A stretch of DNA of 64,000 nucleotides from the NCBI GenBank assembly GCA_038256975.1, contig JBBSJU010000001.1, positions 59,087-123,086 on the forward strand, in the 5' to 3' direction. A program made the translations under genes and the position numbers. Under the pieces are notes generated by a model that had not been told where the DNA came from, searched no databases, and worked only from the letters and a program-made list of their open reading frames with translations. Every line of letters starts with the position of its first letter. Position 1 is the first letter of the stretch. Source of the DNA: Minisyncoccia bacterium. Lineage in GTDB: Bacteria > Patescibacteriota > Minisyncoccia > Phycocordibacterales > UBA5272. Positions 1 to 10,012 of this stretch are shown piece after piece.

Positions 1-1
1 G

Positions 2-1204
2 GTGACGCAGAAAGGAGGTGAGGATTGGATTGTAAAAGCAACTAAGGGTATTGATGATATACAAAATTTTATTTCTGAAGCTGGACCTGCGTATGTTGAA
101 GGTACTAAAGCGTATGATGAAAGTGAACAAGTTCAGAAAGAGGTTCGTGCAATTGCTAACAAGCTTTATAACAAGGATCTTGATTCTCAAGAATACAAAA
201 TTTTTGACACATGCAAACAATTGAACATTCGTTATTTTAATTTTGTAACCCAAAGACTCAGGTCATCTTTTGACAGCTTTATTTTTGAATCTGAAACAGG
301 ACCTATTGGTAAACAACTTGTTGAGGAAAATATTCCCAATGTTTTTATACAAAGCGAAGGTGCCATTATTTTTGATGGGGAGGCACGAGGTCTGCATACA
401 CGAGTCTTTATAAACAAAGACGGTAATCCGACCTACGAAGCAAAAGATCTTGGACTTTTGTCTTTAAAATTTTCACGTTTTAATCCTGAGCTTTCCATTT
501 TTGTTACTGATCATGAACAGGGCCCATATTTTAAAGTTGTTGGAACTGCGGCAGGGGAGATACATAAAGAGTGGCAAGAAAAAACAGTTCACCTCACTCA
601 TGGACGAATGACATTTAAGGGTGCCAAAATGTCTTCGCGTCTTGGTGGTGTACCTACTGCGGAAGAAGTTTTAAATACTATTAAAGAGGTTGCAAAAGAA
701 AAGTTTACTGAACGGAGTATTGGAATGGATACAGATGCATTTGCAGACATGGTTGCTATTGCCGCACTTAAATTCTCGATTTTAAAAGTTGCACCTGGAA
801 AGCCAGTGAATTTTGATCCAGAAGAAGCGCTTTCCTTTGAAGGCGATTCTGGCCCATACATTCAGTACACTTACGTGCGTACTCGAGCACTTCTTGAAAA
901 AGGGGAGGCTTCAGGAATGCACCCGCAATTAGCAAAGGAATATATTACAACAGACCTTGAAAGAATGTTATATCGATTCGAAGAAGTTGCTCTTCAGGCC
1001 GCGCAAGAATATGCACCGCACCATATCGCACACCACTTACTTCTTCTTGCCCAAGCATTCAATAGTTGGTATGCAGCAAATAAAGTGATTGATGAGAGCA
1101 ACAAAGAACTTTCTGCCCATCGTTTGGCTGTTACGAAAGCAACTGGAACGGTACTTAAAAATGGTCTCTACCTCCTTGGAATTCAAACCCCAGAGCGAAT
1201 GTAA
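2..1204 (+). CDS. argS: arginine--tRNA ligase, C-terminal portion (5' end lies outside the window)
   Basis: Anticodon-binding (DALR-type) region; ends ...LLGIQTPERM, the characteristic ArgRS C-terminal Met. ORF is open to the window start. Confidence 0.8.
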   Translation: MTQKGGEDWIVKATKGIDDIQNFISEAGPAYVEGTKAYDESEQVQKEVRAIANKLYNKDLDSQEYKIFDTCKQLNIRYFNFVTQRLRSSFDSFIFESETGPIGKQLVEENIPNVFIQSEGAIIFDGEARGLHTRVFINKDGNPTYEAKDLGLLSLKFSRFNPELSIFVTDHEQGPYFKVVGTAAGEIHKEWQEKTVHLTHGRMTFKGAKMSSRLGGVPTAEEVLNTIKEVAKEKFTERSIGMDTDAFADMVAIAALKFSILKVAPGKPVNFDPEEALSFEGDSGPYIQYTYVRTRALLEKGEASGMHPQLAKEYITTDLERMLYRFEEVALQAAQEYAPHHIAHHLLLLAQAFNSWYAANKVIDESNKELSAHRLAVTKATGTVLKNGLYLLGIQTPERM

Positions 1205-1246
1205 GGCATTTTTTCTGGCCTCGGGCTCTATGTTACACTGGACATT

Positions 1247-4200
1247 ATGAGTGAAAAATCAGAACTTGTTACACCAAAAAAGTCGATAGCCGAAAAGGAG
1301 CTCGACGTTCTACAGTTCTGGCAAGAAAACAAGATTTTTGAAAAAAGCCTTGAAAAACCAGGAGGAGCAATTGCCAAACAAAACTTCACTTTTTATGATG
1401 GCCCACCATTTGCAACCGGCGTACCGCACCATGGGCATCTTCTCACAGGGACAATTAAAGACCTTATTCCTCGTTACAAGACGATGCAAGGTGAGTATGT
1501 GCGTCGTGTGTGGGGTTGGGATTGTCATGGTTTGCCAATTGAAAATCTTATTGAGAAAGAGTTTAATTTGAATCACAAAAAAGAAATTGAAGAGTTTGGT
1601 TTGGGTAAGTTTAATCAAGCATGTTTCGAGAGAGTGCTTCTCTATGAAAAAGATTGGAAAAAAGTAGTTCCTCGTATGGGGCGATGGGTGGACATGGAGC
1701 GTGCATACAAAACAATGGACGCGACCTATACGGAGAGTATTTGGTGGTCATGGAAGCAATTGTATGAAAAAAAGTTGGCGTACGAGGGATATAAAATAAT
1801 GCAAATATGTCCACGTTGTGAGACGACACTTGCGCAGAGTGAAGTAGCCCAAGGATATAAAGATGTGACAGATATTTCAGTGACGGCAAAGTTTGAATTA
1901 GTTGACCCGTCTGCGCAGGCAGGTGAACCAGGAACTTTTTTACTTGCGTGGACAACAACACCGTGGACGCTTCCAGGGAATACTGCGCTTGCTCTTAATA
2001 CTGAGGCAATATATGCATACGTTCAGCATGAAGGTTCACTGTATGTTGTGGCAGAAGAAAGACTTGAAAATGTTTTCAAGGAGCTTATATATGAAAAAGT
2101 AAAAACAGTGAAAGGTAAAGATCTTGTTGGTAAATCATATAAACCAGTATTTCCTTACTACATAGATACTTCACTTGATAATAAAGAAAATATATATAAA
2201 GTGTGGGCGGGAGACTTTGTGACTTTAGATACAGGAACGGGAATTGTGCACATTGCCCCAGCTTTTGGAGCTGACGACATGAATCTTGCAAAGGTAAACA
2301 AAATCCCTGTTATTCAACATGTATCAATGAGTGGGCAATTTACTAAAGAAGTTATTGATTTTCCAGAATTGTATGTAAAAAAGTTTGGAGACACACAGTC
2401 AACGGATATCGAGATTGTAAAATATCTCGCGCATCAGGGCAAATTATTTGCAAAAGAAAAACTCGTTCACTCATACCCACACTGTTGGCGATGTGACACA
2501 CCCCTTTTAAACTACGCAACTTCTTCGTGGTTTGTGGATGTTCCAAAAATTAAAGACAAGCTTATTGAGGCAAACAAGGGAGTTACGTGGGTACCGGAAC
2601 ATATTAAAGAAGGTCGTTTTGGAAAGTGGCTCGAAAATGCACACGAATGGGCGGTGTCACGATCACGTTATTGGGGCGCACCTATTCCTGTGTGGAAGTC
2701 CGAAGATGGTGATGTAAAGGTTATTGGAAGTTTTGCAGAAATGCGTGAGTACATGCCGAAAGCGAAGAACATATATATGGGTCTTCGGCATGGAGAGGCA
2801 AATTCAAATGTTACAAACACTCTTGATTCACTTGATGATCAGGAAAATCATTTGACAGAAAAGGGTAAGGAACAGATTGTGGCTGCTGCTAAAGAGCTAA
2901 AGGGTTCTGGTGTCACTAAAATAATTTCCTCACCCTTCTTGCGAACTCAAGAAACAGCTCAAATCTTGAGTGATATTCTCGGGGTTTCTTTCGAGGTTGA
3001 TGACCGATTAAAGGAAATTAATGTAGGTGTTTGGAATCGAAAGACGATAACTGATTTGTACGCACAAAACCCTGAGTTTCAAGAGAATTTAGACTATGCA
3101 CCAGATGGGGGGGAAAGTCACAGAGATTCTCGGACTCGTGCGATGAAGGTTCTATTTGACTGCGAAAAGAAATATGAAGGAGAAACAATCTTGATCGTGA
3201 CTCATGGTGGACCAATCGGTATGCTTGTGACTGGCGCACAGCTTATGAGTGATACCGAAACGCATAATTTCTTTACCAAAGACTCTCATGCCGATAAGCA
3301 TGGAAGATGTCTTGGGCACGGTAAGGTATATGATATTAACTTCAAACCATTTCCAAATCGAAATGGCGTACTTGATGTGCACCGTCCGTTTATCGACGAG
3401 GTCAAACTTACTATTGATGGAAAAGAATACACACGAGTTCCGTATGTATTCGACTGCTGGTACGAGTCGGGGTCAATGCCATATGCTGAAATTCACTATC
3501 CGTTCGAAAATGAAGTGCTGTTTAAAAATAGGTTTCCTGCAGACTGGATTGGTGAAGGTTTAGATCAGACACGCGGATGGTTTTATTCTTTGATGGTTCT
3601 AGGTGTCGCCCTTTTTGACAAAGCTCCTTACAGAAATGTGATTGTAAATGGTCTTGTAATGGCTGCCGATGGGCAAAAGGTAAGTAAGAGCAAGAAAAAC
3701 TTCACTGACCCAATGGAACTCGTAGAAAGGTATGGCGCTGATAGTATGAGACTGTATTTGGTATCAAGCCCGCTTGTACAAGCAGAAAATTCAAATTTCG
3801 TAGACAAAGATTTAGAAGAAATGCATCGAAGAATATTTGTACGTCTTGAAAATGTACTTGCATTTTATGAGATGTTTAAGGGAACAACTAGTACTCGGAT
3901 AGATCCATACAAGTCTCAGAACATGCTTGATATGTGGATGTTAAGTAGACTCAATCAAACTTTGAGTCAGACAACGTCTGGACTTGATGCAAATATGCTT
4001 GATGTGGCATCGCGGCCTTTCGACGGTTTTATTGATGACCTTTCCGTTTGGTATGTGCGTCGAAGTCGAGAACGATTAAAGGGGGACACTGGTGAGGAGG
4101 ATAGAATTGCGGCACTTTCTACCTTTGAATATGTCTTGTTGCAATTTGCAAAAATGTTTGCGCCATTTGCACCATTTGTTTCAGAGCGAGTATACAAGGC

Positions 4201-4741
4201 GGTTGGAGGAGAAAAGGAAAGCGTGCATCTTGAAAGTTGGGGAGAGGTAGGTGAGATAAAGGTTGAGATTGTTGAAGAAATGAAAAAAGTTAGAGACGTG
4301 GTTTCTAAAGGACTCGATGTTCGTGTTAAAAATGCGATTAAGGTTCGCCAGCCACTCTCACTCCTTACAACAGGAATAAAAATTGCAGAGCAGTATCTTG
4401 GTCTTATTCAAGATGAAGTGAATGTAAAACAGGTTACTTTCGATGAATCTCTTGGAGATATTGTGACACTGGATCTTTCCATTACTCCAGAATTAAAAAA
4501 AGAAGGTGATACCCGAGAACTTATTCGAGCAATACAAGATTTGCGTAAAAATAATGGACTCACACCAAATGATACACCGGCACTTTTTTACTCAGGAAAT
4601 GAAGAGGTGAAGTTGTTTGTTGAAAGTATTACGGACGCACTTACTCAGGCGTGCTTACTTTCAGAGATTACATACAAAGATTCTATAGAGAGTGAAGAAA
4701 TAAAAGTAGGTGAGTATCAGATGAAACTTAATTTGGCATAG
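1247..4741 (+). CDS. ileS: isoleucine--tRNA ligase (eukaryote-like type) carrying an internal histidine-phosphatase domain insertion
   Basis: HIGH motif (PHHGHLLTG), KMSKS motif (KVSKSKKN), CP1 editing region, WAVSRSRYWGAPIP and FDCWYESGSMPYA blocks; 1164 aa. Confidence 0.9.
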   Translation: MSEKSELVTPKKSIAEKELDVLQFWQENKIFEKSLEKPGGAIAKQNFTFYDGPPFATGVPHHGHLLTGTIKDLIPRYKTMQGEYVRRVWGWDCHGLPIENLIEKEFNLNHKKEIEEFGLGKFNQACFERVLLYEKDWKKVVPRMGRWVDMERAYKTMDATYTESIWWSWKQLYEKKLAYEGYKIMQICPRCETTLAQSEVAQGYKDVTDISVTAKFELVDPSAQAGEPGTFLLAWTTTPWTLPGNTALALNTEAIYAYVQHEGSLYVVAEERLENVFKELIYEKVKTVKGKDLVGKSYKPVFPYYIDTSLDNKENIYKVWAGDFVTLDTGTGIVHIAPAFGADDMNLAKVNKIPVIQHVSMSGQFTKEVIDFPELYVKKFGDTQSTDIEIVKYLAHQGKLFAKEKLVHSYPHCWRCDTPLLNYATSSWFVDVPKIKDKLIEANKGVTWVPEHIKEGRFGKWLENAHEWAVSRSRYWGAPIPVWKSEDGDVKVIGSFAEMREYMPKAKNIYMGLRHGEANSNVTNTLDSLDDQENHLTEKGKEQIVAAAKELKGSGVTKIISSPFLRTQETAQILSDILGVSFEVDDRLKEINVGVWNRKTITDLYAQNPEFQENLDYAPDGGESHRDSRTRAMKVLFDCEKKYEGETILIVTHGGPIGMLVTGAQLMSDTETHNFFTKDSHADKHGRCLGHGKVYDINFKPFPNRNGVLDVHRPFIDEVKLTIDGKEYTRVPYVFDCWYESGSMPYAEIHYPFENEVLFKNRFPADWIGEGLDQTRGWFYSLMVLGVALFDKAPYRNVIVNGLVMAADGQKVSKSKKNFTDPMELVERYGADSMRLYLVSSPLVQAENSNFVDKDLEEMHRRIFVRLENVLAFYEMFKGTTSTRIDPYKSQNMLDMWMLSRLNQTLSQTTSGLDANMLDVASRPFDGFIDDLSVWYVRRSRERLKGDTGEEDRIAALSTFEYVLLQFAKMFAPFAPFVSERVYKAVGGEKESVHLESWGEVGEIKVEIVEEMKKVRDVVSKGLDVRVKNAIKVRQPLSLLTTGIKIAEQYLGLIQDEVNVKQVTFDESLGDIVTLDLSITPELKKEGDTRELIRAIQDLRKNNGLTPNDTPALFYSGNEEVKLFVESITDALTQACLLSEITYKDSIESEEIKVGEYQMKLNLA
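2777..3360 (+). other. histidine phosphatase (phosphoglycerate-mutase superfamily) domain embedded in ileS, ~195 aa
   Basis: YMGLRHGEANSN (RHG catalytic motif) ... ILIVTHGGPIG (second His motif). It sits between the IleRS blocks VIGSFAEM and VLDVHRPFIDEV, where canonical IleRS has only ~40 aa. Confidence 0.6.
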
Positions 4742-4746
4742 TTTTT

Positions 4747-5319
4747 GTGAGCTATCATCACTACACAACCGAAGGCGTAATTCTTAAACGAGAAGATCGT
4801 GGGGAAAATGATGCGGTCTATGTTGTCTTTACTGAAACACTCGGGCTCATCGCTGCACACGCAACAGGTATACGGCTTTTGAAATCAAAACTACGTTTTG
4901 CGCTCCAGGTAGGAAATAAGGTTCGTATTACTCTTGTACGCGGCAAGGCTTTGTGGAGAATTACAACCTGTGCATTGCTTACACCATTGCCAACATCTAT
5001 TCAAGCAACGTTTCCGCGCGTGTATAAGCTTTTACGAACGTGTATTGTTTTTGATGAGCCGCTCCCATTTGTCTACGAACACATACGAGCACTTGTTTCA
5101 CTTACCGAAGATGTCTACCAAGACAAGCGTCTCTTTCGCACCGCGGAGACACTCATAACAGCTCGCTTGCTCGCAACCATGGGTATGCTCGATCAAGTAC
5201 ACACTGGTGAATTTGATGAAATTTCGCCACTATCAGCATCATTTTGTGTCTCGTATCAAGCAAGAGGTGAGGCTTTGCTTCACCATATCAAAACACGGCT
5301 TGGTGAGAGCGTTCTCTAG
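4747..5319 (+). CDS. recO: DNA repair protein RecO-like (short form)
   Basis: N-terminal OB-fold pattern TEGVILKREDRGENDAVYVVFTETLGLIAAHATG typical of RecO; 190 aa, shorter than typical. Confidence 0.5.
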   Translation: MSYHHYTTEGVILKREDRGENDAVYVVFTETLGLIAAHATGIRLLKSKLRFALQVGNKVRITLVRGKALWRITTCALLTPLPTSIQATFPRVYKLLRTCIVFDEPLPFVYEHIRALVSLTEDVYQDKRLFRTAETLITARLLATMGMLDQVHTGEFDEISPLSASFCVSYQARGEALLHHIKTRLGESVL

Positions 5320-7256
5320 TGTTCTTTGCGGTATACTGTCTGTATATGGCACCAGAGGATAAAAGTTCTAAACTCGAAGAAATACAGGAATCCTTATATG
5401 ATTCTACCCAAGCGCCAAAAAGCAACGTGCGCCGTATTATTCATGAACGTGAATTTGATGTTCCCGAAGGTTGGACTGGTGCCGACGATCAAGAGTCTCT
5501 TTTGAACGAAATTCCTGCTGAAGAGCGAGTGAATCATTCAAAAAAGATTCCTATTCTTGTACTGATTCTCTCTCTTGTTTTGTGTATAGCGGCGGGAGTA
5601 TTTGCATGGTACCGACTGAGTGGAGAGTCATCTGCAGTGTCTCAAAATCTCATCGCATTAGAATCTCAAGCGCCAGGCTTTATTGATGGGGGAGAAGAGT
5701 TTGATTATATTGTATCGCTTTCGAATCAGAACACCACAGAGTTGCAGCTTGTTGATCTTGAGGTCTCTTATCCGCAAGGAGTTGAAGACATTGCTACCTC
5801 TCGAATTGTAACAACGAAAGATGTTGGTACGGTTCTTCCAAATACAGTTGTTCAAGAAAAGTTCCCACTCACACTTTACGGTGTTCCAGGTACTACCAAG
5901 CCAATTACTACAACTTTAAGATATAGTGTTCCTGGATCAACGGCCACATTTGAAAAAAAAGAAACAAAAGTTGTAGAAATAAAATCATCTCCTCTTACGC
6001 TTACGGTGGATTCTTTAAAAGAGGTTACTCCAGGACAGATCATGAAGGTTAAGGTGCGTATCGAATCTACTCGAGGTAAAACAATTCAAAGCTCTCTCCT
6101 CAAGCTTACATATCCAACAGGATTTGAATTTGTGAGTGCGGATGTTGTACCAACTACAGGTAATAATGTTTGGGATTTGGGCGTACTTACTCCCGGGGTT
6201 GTGCGTGAAATTACTGTCTCTGGTATTGCGCGTGGTGAGGATGGAGAATCAAGGGCGATTCGTGCACAGATTGGCTCAAAAGATGCCTCTGGAATTGCTA
6301 TCGCGTCACTTTTTGCAGAATCTAATCTTTCCTATACGCTTGTAAAGCCATTTTTACAGACAGACATTTTGGTGGCAAATGTAAAAGCGGCGACACATGT
6401 AGTTTCTTCTGGTGCAGATGTCTCTGTTTTTGTCTCCTATAAAAACAATGTCGATAAAGATCTTCAAAATGCAGAAATCGCACTTACTTTAAACGGTGAT
6501 GCAATTATGGAAGAAACTGTCCGCGCAGATGGCGGTTTTTACGATTCACGAACAAATACCGTGACGTGGACAAGGTCTACAGTACGGGAACTTGCAAATC
6601 TTGAGCCAGGCGCGATAGGGAGACTCTCTGTTGTATTTAAAACAAAAAGCTCTATCTCGCTTGATACCAATGAAGAAATAAAGCTAGACGTAAGTGCAAA
6701 AGCTCGACGGGTAGGAGAAAGTCAGCTTGCTGAAACGGTGGTTAGCTCACAGAGCACACTTTTGCGAGTTGTTACTCGGGTTGCTCTTGTTGCAGAAAGT
6801 GCGCGTAGTGGAGGATCATTCTCTGTTTTCGGACCTGTACCTCCAAAAGGAGAACAAGAAACATCGTATGTGCTCATTTCTCAAATTAAAAATACCGTTA
6901 ACCCGATCGATCGAGCAGAGGTGAAATTCAAGCTTCCATTTAATGTTCGGTTTATTGCGGGTGAGGCGACCCAGGGAACGGTAACCTATAGTGAGTTTGA
7001 TAAACAGATTAAGTGGACCGCGGGGAGTGTGGTGAAATCAAGTGGAGGTGTTGATCCAGTGCTGTATGTGCATGTTGCGGTGATACCGTCACTTGTCGAT
7101 GTTGGGAAAAGTTCTACTCTTGCCACAGACTTTACTCTGACCGCAGTTGATATATTTACCAAGACATCACTGAGTGCAAAAGGCCCGAGTGTTATTACGA
7201 CAAAGTTTCGAATTAGTGATGGTTTTAAGAAAGGGGACGATCTTGTTACTCAGTAG
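5319..7256 (+). CDS. membrane-anchored surface protein with DUF11-like conserved repeat domains
   Basis: Single TM helix (IPILVLILSLVLCIAAGVFAWY) after a short cytoplasmic N-terminus. Beta-rich repeats with LTYPTGFEFVSAD...WDLGVLTPG and KLPFNVRFIAGEAT...WTAGSV patterns. Confidence 0.55.
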   Translation: MFFAVYCLYMAPEDKSSKLEEIQESLYDSTQAPKSNVRRIIHEREFDVPEGWTGADDQESLLNEIPAEERVNHSKKIPILVLILSLVLCIAAGVFAWYRLSGESSAVSQNLIALESQAPGFIDGGEEFDYIVSLSNQNTTELQLVDLEVSYPQGVEDIATSRIVTTKDVGTVLPNTVVQEKFPLTLYGVPGTTKPITTTLRYSVPGSTATFEKKETKVVEIKSSPLTLTVDSLKEVTPGQIMKVKVRIESTRGKTIQSSLLKLTYPTGFEFVSADVVPTTGNNVWDLGVLTPGVVREITVSGIARGEDGESRAIRAQIGSKDASGIAIASLFAESNLSYTLVKPFLQTDILVANVKAATHVVSSGADVSVFVSYKNNVDKDLQNAEIALTLNGDAIMEETVRADGGFYDSRTNTVTWTRSTVRELANLEPGAIGRLSVVFKTKSSISLDTNEEIKLDVSAKARRVGESQLAETVVSSQSTLLRVVTRVALVAESARSGGSFSVFGPVPPKGEQETSYVLISQIKNTVNPIDRAEVKFKLPFNVRFIAGEATQGTVTYSEFDKQIKWTAGSVVKSSGGVDPVLYVHVAVIPSLVDVGKSSTLATDFTLTAVDIFTKTSLSAKGPSVITTKFRISDGFKKGDDLVTQ

Positions 7257-7311
7257 GGTGGAGTAAAGGATGGAGCTTATATTTTCAGACTATTTTTGCT
7301 AGAGTATAAAA

Positions 7312-8694
7312 ATGGAATCAAAAGACAAGATGGAGGCTATTATCTCGCTCTGCAAACGCCGAGGGTTTGTGTTTCAAGGCTCTGAAATATATGGGGGACT
7401 TGCTGGAGTATATGACTTTGGTCCACGTGGGGTTGAGGTGTTAAATAATATTAAACAATCCTGGTGGAAAGCGAATGTTTACAACAAGGAAAACTATTTT
7501 GGTCTTGATAGTGGAATGTTTAAGCACCCAAGAACATGGGAAGCAAGTGGCCATGTGGGAGGATTTAGCGATCCGCTTGCCGAATGTCGAAAATGTAATA
7601 CACGTGTTCGTGTTGATAAAGAATTGGCGTCTATTGGTGTTGCGGCTGATGAAAAAATGTCTGAGCAAAAAATCAATGAACTTTTTGACCAGAATCGAGA
7701 CAAAATTAAGTGTCCAACATGTGGTGAGAAAAATTTCAGTCAAGTGAAATCATTCAATCTTTTGGTTCAATCTAATCTTGGAGACTTCACATCTGAAGGT
7801 AATGAACCAGTCTATTTACCGGGAGAGGCGTGTCAGGGGATATACCTTAATTATAAAAACATTGTTAATTCAATGAACCCCAAGATGCCATTTGGTGTTG
7901 CTCAAATAGGTAAGGCTTTTCGTAACGAAATCTCGCCAAGAAATTTTCTCTTCCGTACACGGGAATTTGAACAAGCTGATACTCAGTACTTCATCAAACC
8001 AAATGAGAATAAAGAGGCGTATGAGACAATTAAAAAAGATCGTTTCGATTGGTATCTTTCGCTTGGTATACAAGAAAATAAACTTCGTTTTAAACAGCAC
8101 GAAAACCTCGTTTTCTATGCTAAAGATGCTTGGGATATCGAGTATGAATTTCCTAGTGGGTTTGATGAAATAGAAGGTATTCATGATCGCACTGATTATG
8201 ACCTCTCTCAACATCAAAAGTTTTCTGGAGTTGATCTAAACTATATTGATCAAGAAACAGGAGAAAAATATATACCGTGGATTCTGGAGACATCAATGGG
8301 TTTGGGGCGCGTATTTCTTGCGGTTCTTTGCGATGCGTATCACGAAGATGAAATGGATGGAGAAACACGTGTGGTTTTAAAACTTAAACCAGAACTCGCT
8401 CCAGTTTTATGTGCCGTATCGCCACTCCTTAAAAACAAACCAGAACTCGTTGCAAAGGCTCGCGAGGTGTATGCAAGTTTGAAAAAAGAATTTGGTCGCG
8501 TTATGTGGGATGACAACTCAAACATCGGTAAGCGATATCGTCGTCAAGATGAAATTGGTACACCATTTTGTATTACGGTTGATTTTGAAACATTAGAAGG
8601 GGACACAAAGGACACGGTAACAGTGCGTATGCGAGATGATGCAACACAGACGCGAGTTGCGATTGAAGATCTCTCTCATTTCTTACAAAAATAA
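7312..8694 (+). CDS. glyQS: glycine--tRNA ligase (dimeric class II form)
   Basis: N-terminus MEAIISLCKRRGFVFQGSEIYGGLAGVYDFGPRGVE and class II motifs; 460 aa. Confidence 0.9.
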   Translation: MESKDKMEAIISLCKRRGFVFQGSEIYGGLAGVYDFGPRGVEVLNNIKQSWWKANVYNKENYFGLDSGMFKHPRTWEASGHVGGFSDPLAECRKCNTRVRVDKELASIGVAADEKMSEQKINELFDQNRDKIKCPTCGEKNFSQVKSFNLLVQSNLGDFTSEGNEPVYLPGEACQGIYLNYKNIVNSMNPKMPFGVAQIGKAFRNEISPRNFLFRTREFEQADTQYFIKPNENKEAYETIKKDRFDWYLSLGIQENKLRFKQHENLVFYAKDAWDIEYEFPSGFDEIEGIHDRTDYDLSQHQKFSGVDLNYIDQETGEKYIPWILETSMGLGRVFLAVLCDAYHEDEMDGETRVVLKLKPELAPVLCAVSPLLKNKPELVAKAREVYASLKKEFGRVMWDDNSNIGKRYRRQDEIGTPFCITVDFETLEGDTKDTVTVRMRDDATQTRVAIEDLSHFLQK

Positions 8695-8697
8695 TTC

Positions 8698-9960
8698 ATG
8701 AAACATATTAAAAAAGTACTCCCTAATGGGCTTCGGGTTATTTTGGTGCCTAAAAAAGAATCTACGAGCGTTCTTGTGTCTGTAACGGTGCAAGCAGGTT
8801 CGAACTACGAATCAGAAAAAGATAGCGGCATCTCACACTTTCTAGAACACATGTGTTTTAAGGGTACAACAAGGCGTCCACAATCAACTGGGATTTCTCG
8901 AGAATTGGACTCTATTGGTGCAATGTACAATGCTTCTACAAATCGGTATCAAACAGAATACTATGTTCGGGTGCGTCCAAAACATCTCACACAAGTGTTT
9001 GATATTGTCTCCGATCTTTATTTAAATCCACTTCTTCCTGTGGAGGAAATAGAAAAAGAAAAGGGGGTTGTGTGTGATGAAATAGATATGTATGCGGATG
9101 ATCCAAGTAGTGTTGCTTCGCAATTAATGCTTGAGAAACTCTTTGGTGACCAAGCGGCTGGGCGAGATGTGGCGGGCACAAAGAAACATGTACAATCATT
9201 TACCCGTGAACAAATAAAGAAATATCGCGACACGCATTATGTAGCAGGAAAAACTATTGTCACGCTTGCGGGAAACTTTGATCCCAAAAAAGCGTTGCAA
9301 CTCGTGCGAAAAGCTTTCGGCAATCTTCCAAAGGTTAAAAAGATTTCACCACAAAAATATACTGCGCCAAAAAATACCACGAAACTTTTTGTACAAACAA
9401 AAGATTCGGAACAAACTCATGTGCGAATGGCTTTTACAAGTGTGCCGTCTAAACATAAAGATCGGCGCATTGCATCACTTCTGGGAGAAATTCTTGGCGG
9501 AACCATGTCGTCACGTCTTTTTGTGCGACTTCGACAGAAGATGGGAGTGAGTTATTATAATTACGCATCCCAAGCCTCTTTGCTTCAATACGGCTACTTC
9601 ACTCTTGGTGCAGGGGTTTATAAAGATCACGTACAAAAAACTGTTGAGGCGTTATATGAAGAATGCTTGAAAATGACCCAAGAACCGGTTAGTGACGAAG
9701 AGTTGGATCGCGCAAAAGAGACGTATGTGAATCCAATGCTTATGTCACTTGAAATGCCTACAACCATTGCCGGGTATGTTACTTCGTTTGAGATTTTTGA
9801 AGAACCATACATCACTATGCAAGAATGGGAAAAGAAAATGAGGGCCATTTCTAAGAAAGATATTATGCGTGTTGCTAAAACAATTTTCAAAAAAGAAAAT
9901 ATGATAGTCGTCGTTGTTGGTCCTCATGAGCAAAAGGTGCTGACTATTCCCACAAAATGA
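8698..9960 (+). CDS. M16 family zinc peptidase (pitrilysin-like)
   Basis: Inverted zinc-binding motif HFLEHMCFKGT (HxxEH) near the N-terminus; 420 aa. Confidence 0.8.
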   Translation: MKHIKKVLPNGLRVILVPKKESTSVLVSVTVQAGSNYESEKDSGISHFLEHMCFKGTTRRPQSTGISRELDSIGAMYNASTNRYQTEYYVRVRPKHLTQVFDIVSDLYLNPLLPVEEIEKEKGVVCDEIDMYADDPSSVASQLMLEKLFGDQAAGRDVAGTKKHVQSFTREQIKKYRDTHYVAGKTIVTLAGNFDPKKALQLVRKAFGNLPKVKKISPQKYTAPKNTTKLFVQTKDSEQTHVRMAFTSVPSKHKDRRIASLLGEILGGTMSSRLFVRLRQKMGVSYYNYASQASLLQYGYFTLGAGVYKDHVQKTVEALYEECLKMTQEPVSDEELDRAKETYVNPMLMSLEMPTTIAGYVTSFEIFEEPYITMQEWEKKMRAISKKDIMRVAKTIFKKENMIVVVVGPHEQKVLTIPTK

Positions 9961-10012
9961 TAGCTCGTGGTGTATAATTGCATCTCAATAAAAATCGCGT
10001 ACAATCAGGGGT

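Noticed and set aside
1310-4197. Multiple 60-116-aa ORFs on the opposite strand within ileS
   Set aside because: Antisense to a strongly supported 1164-aa synthetase gene; no independent signals.
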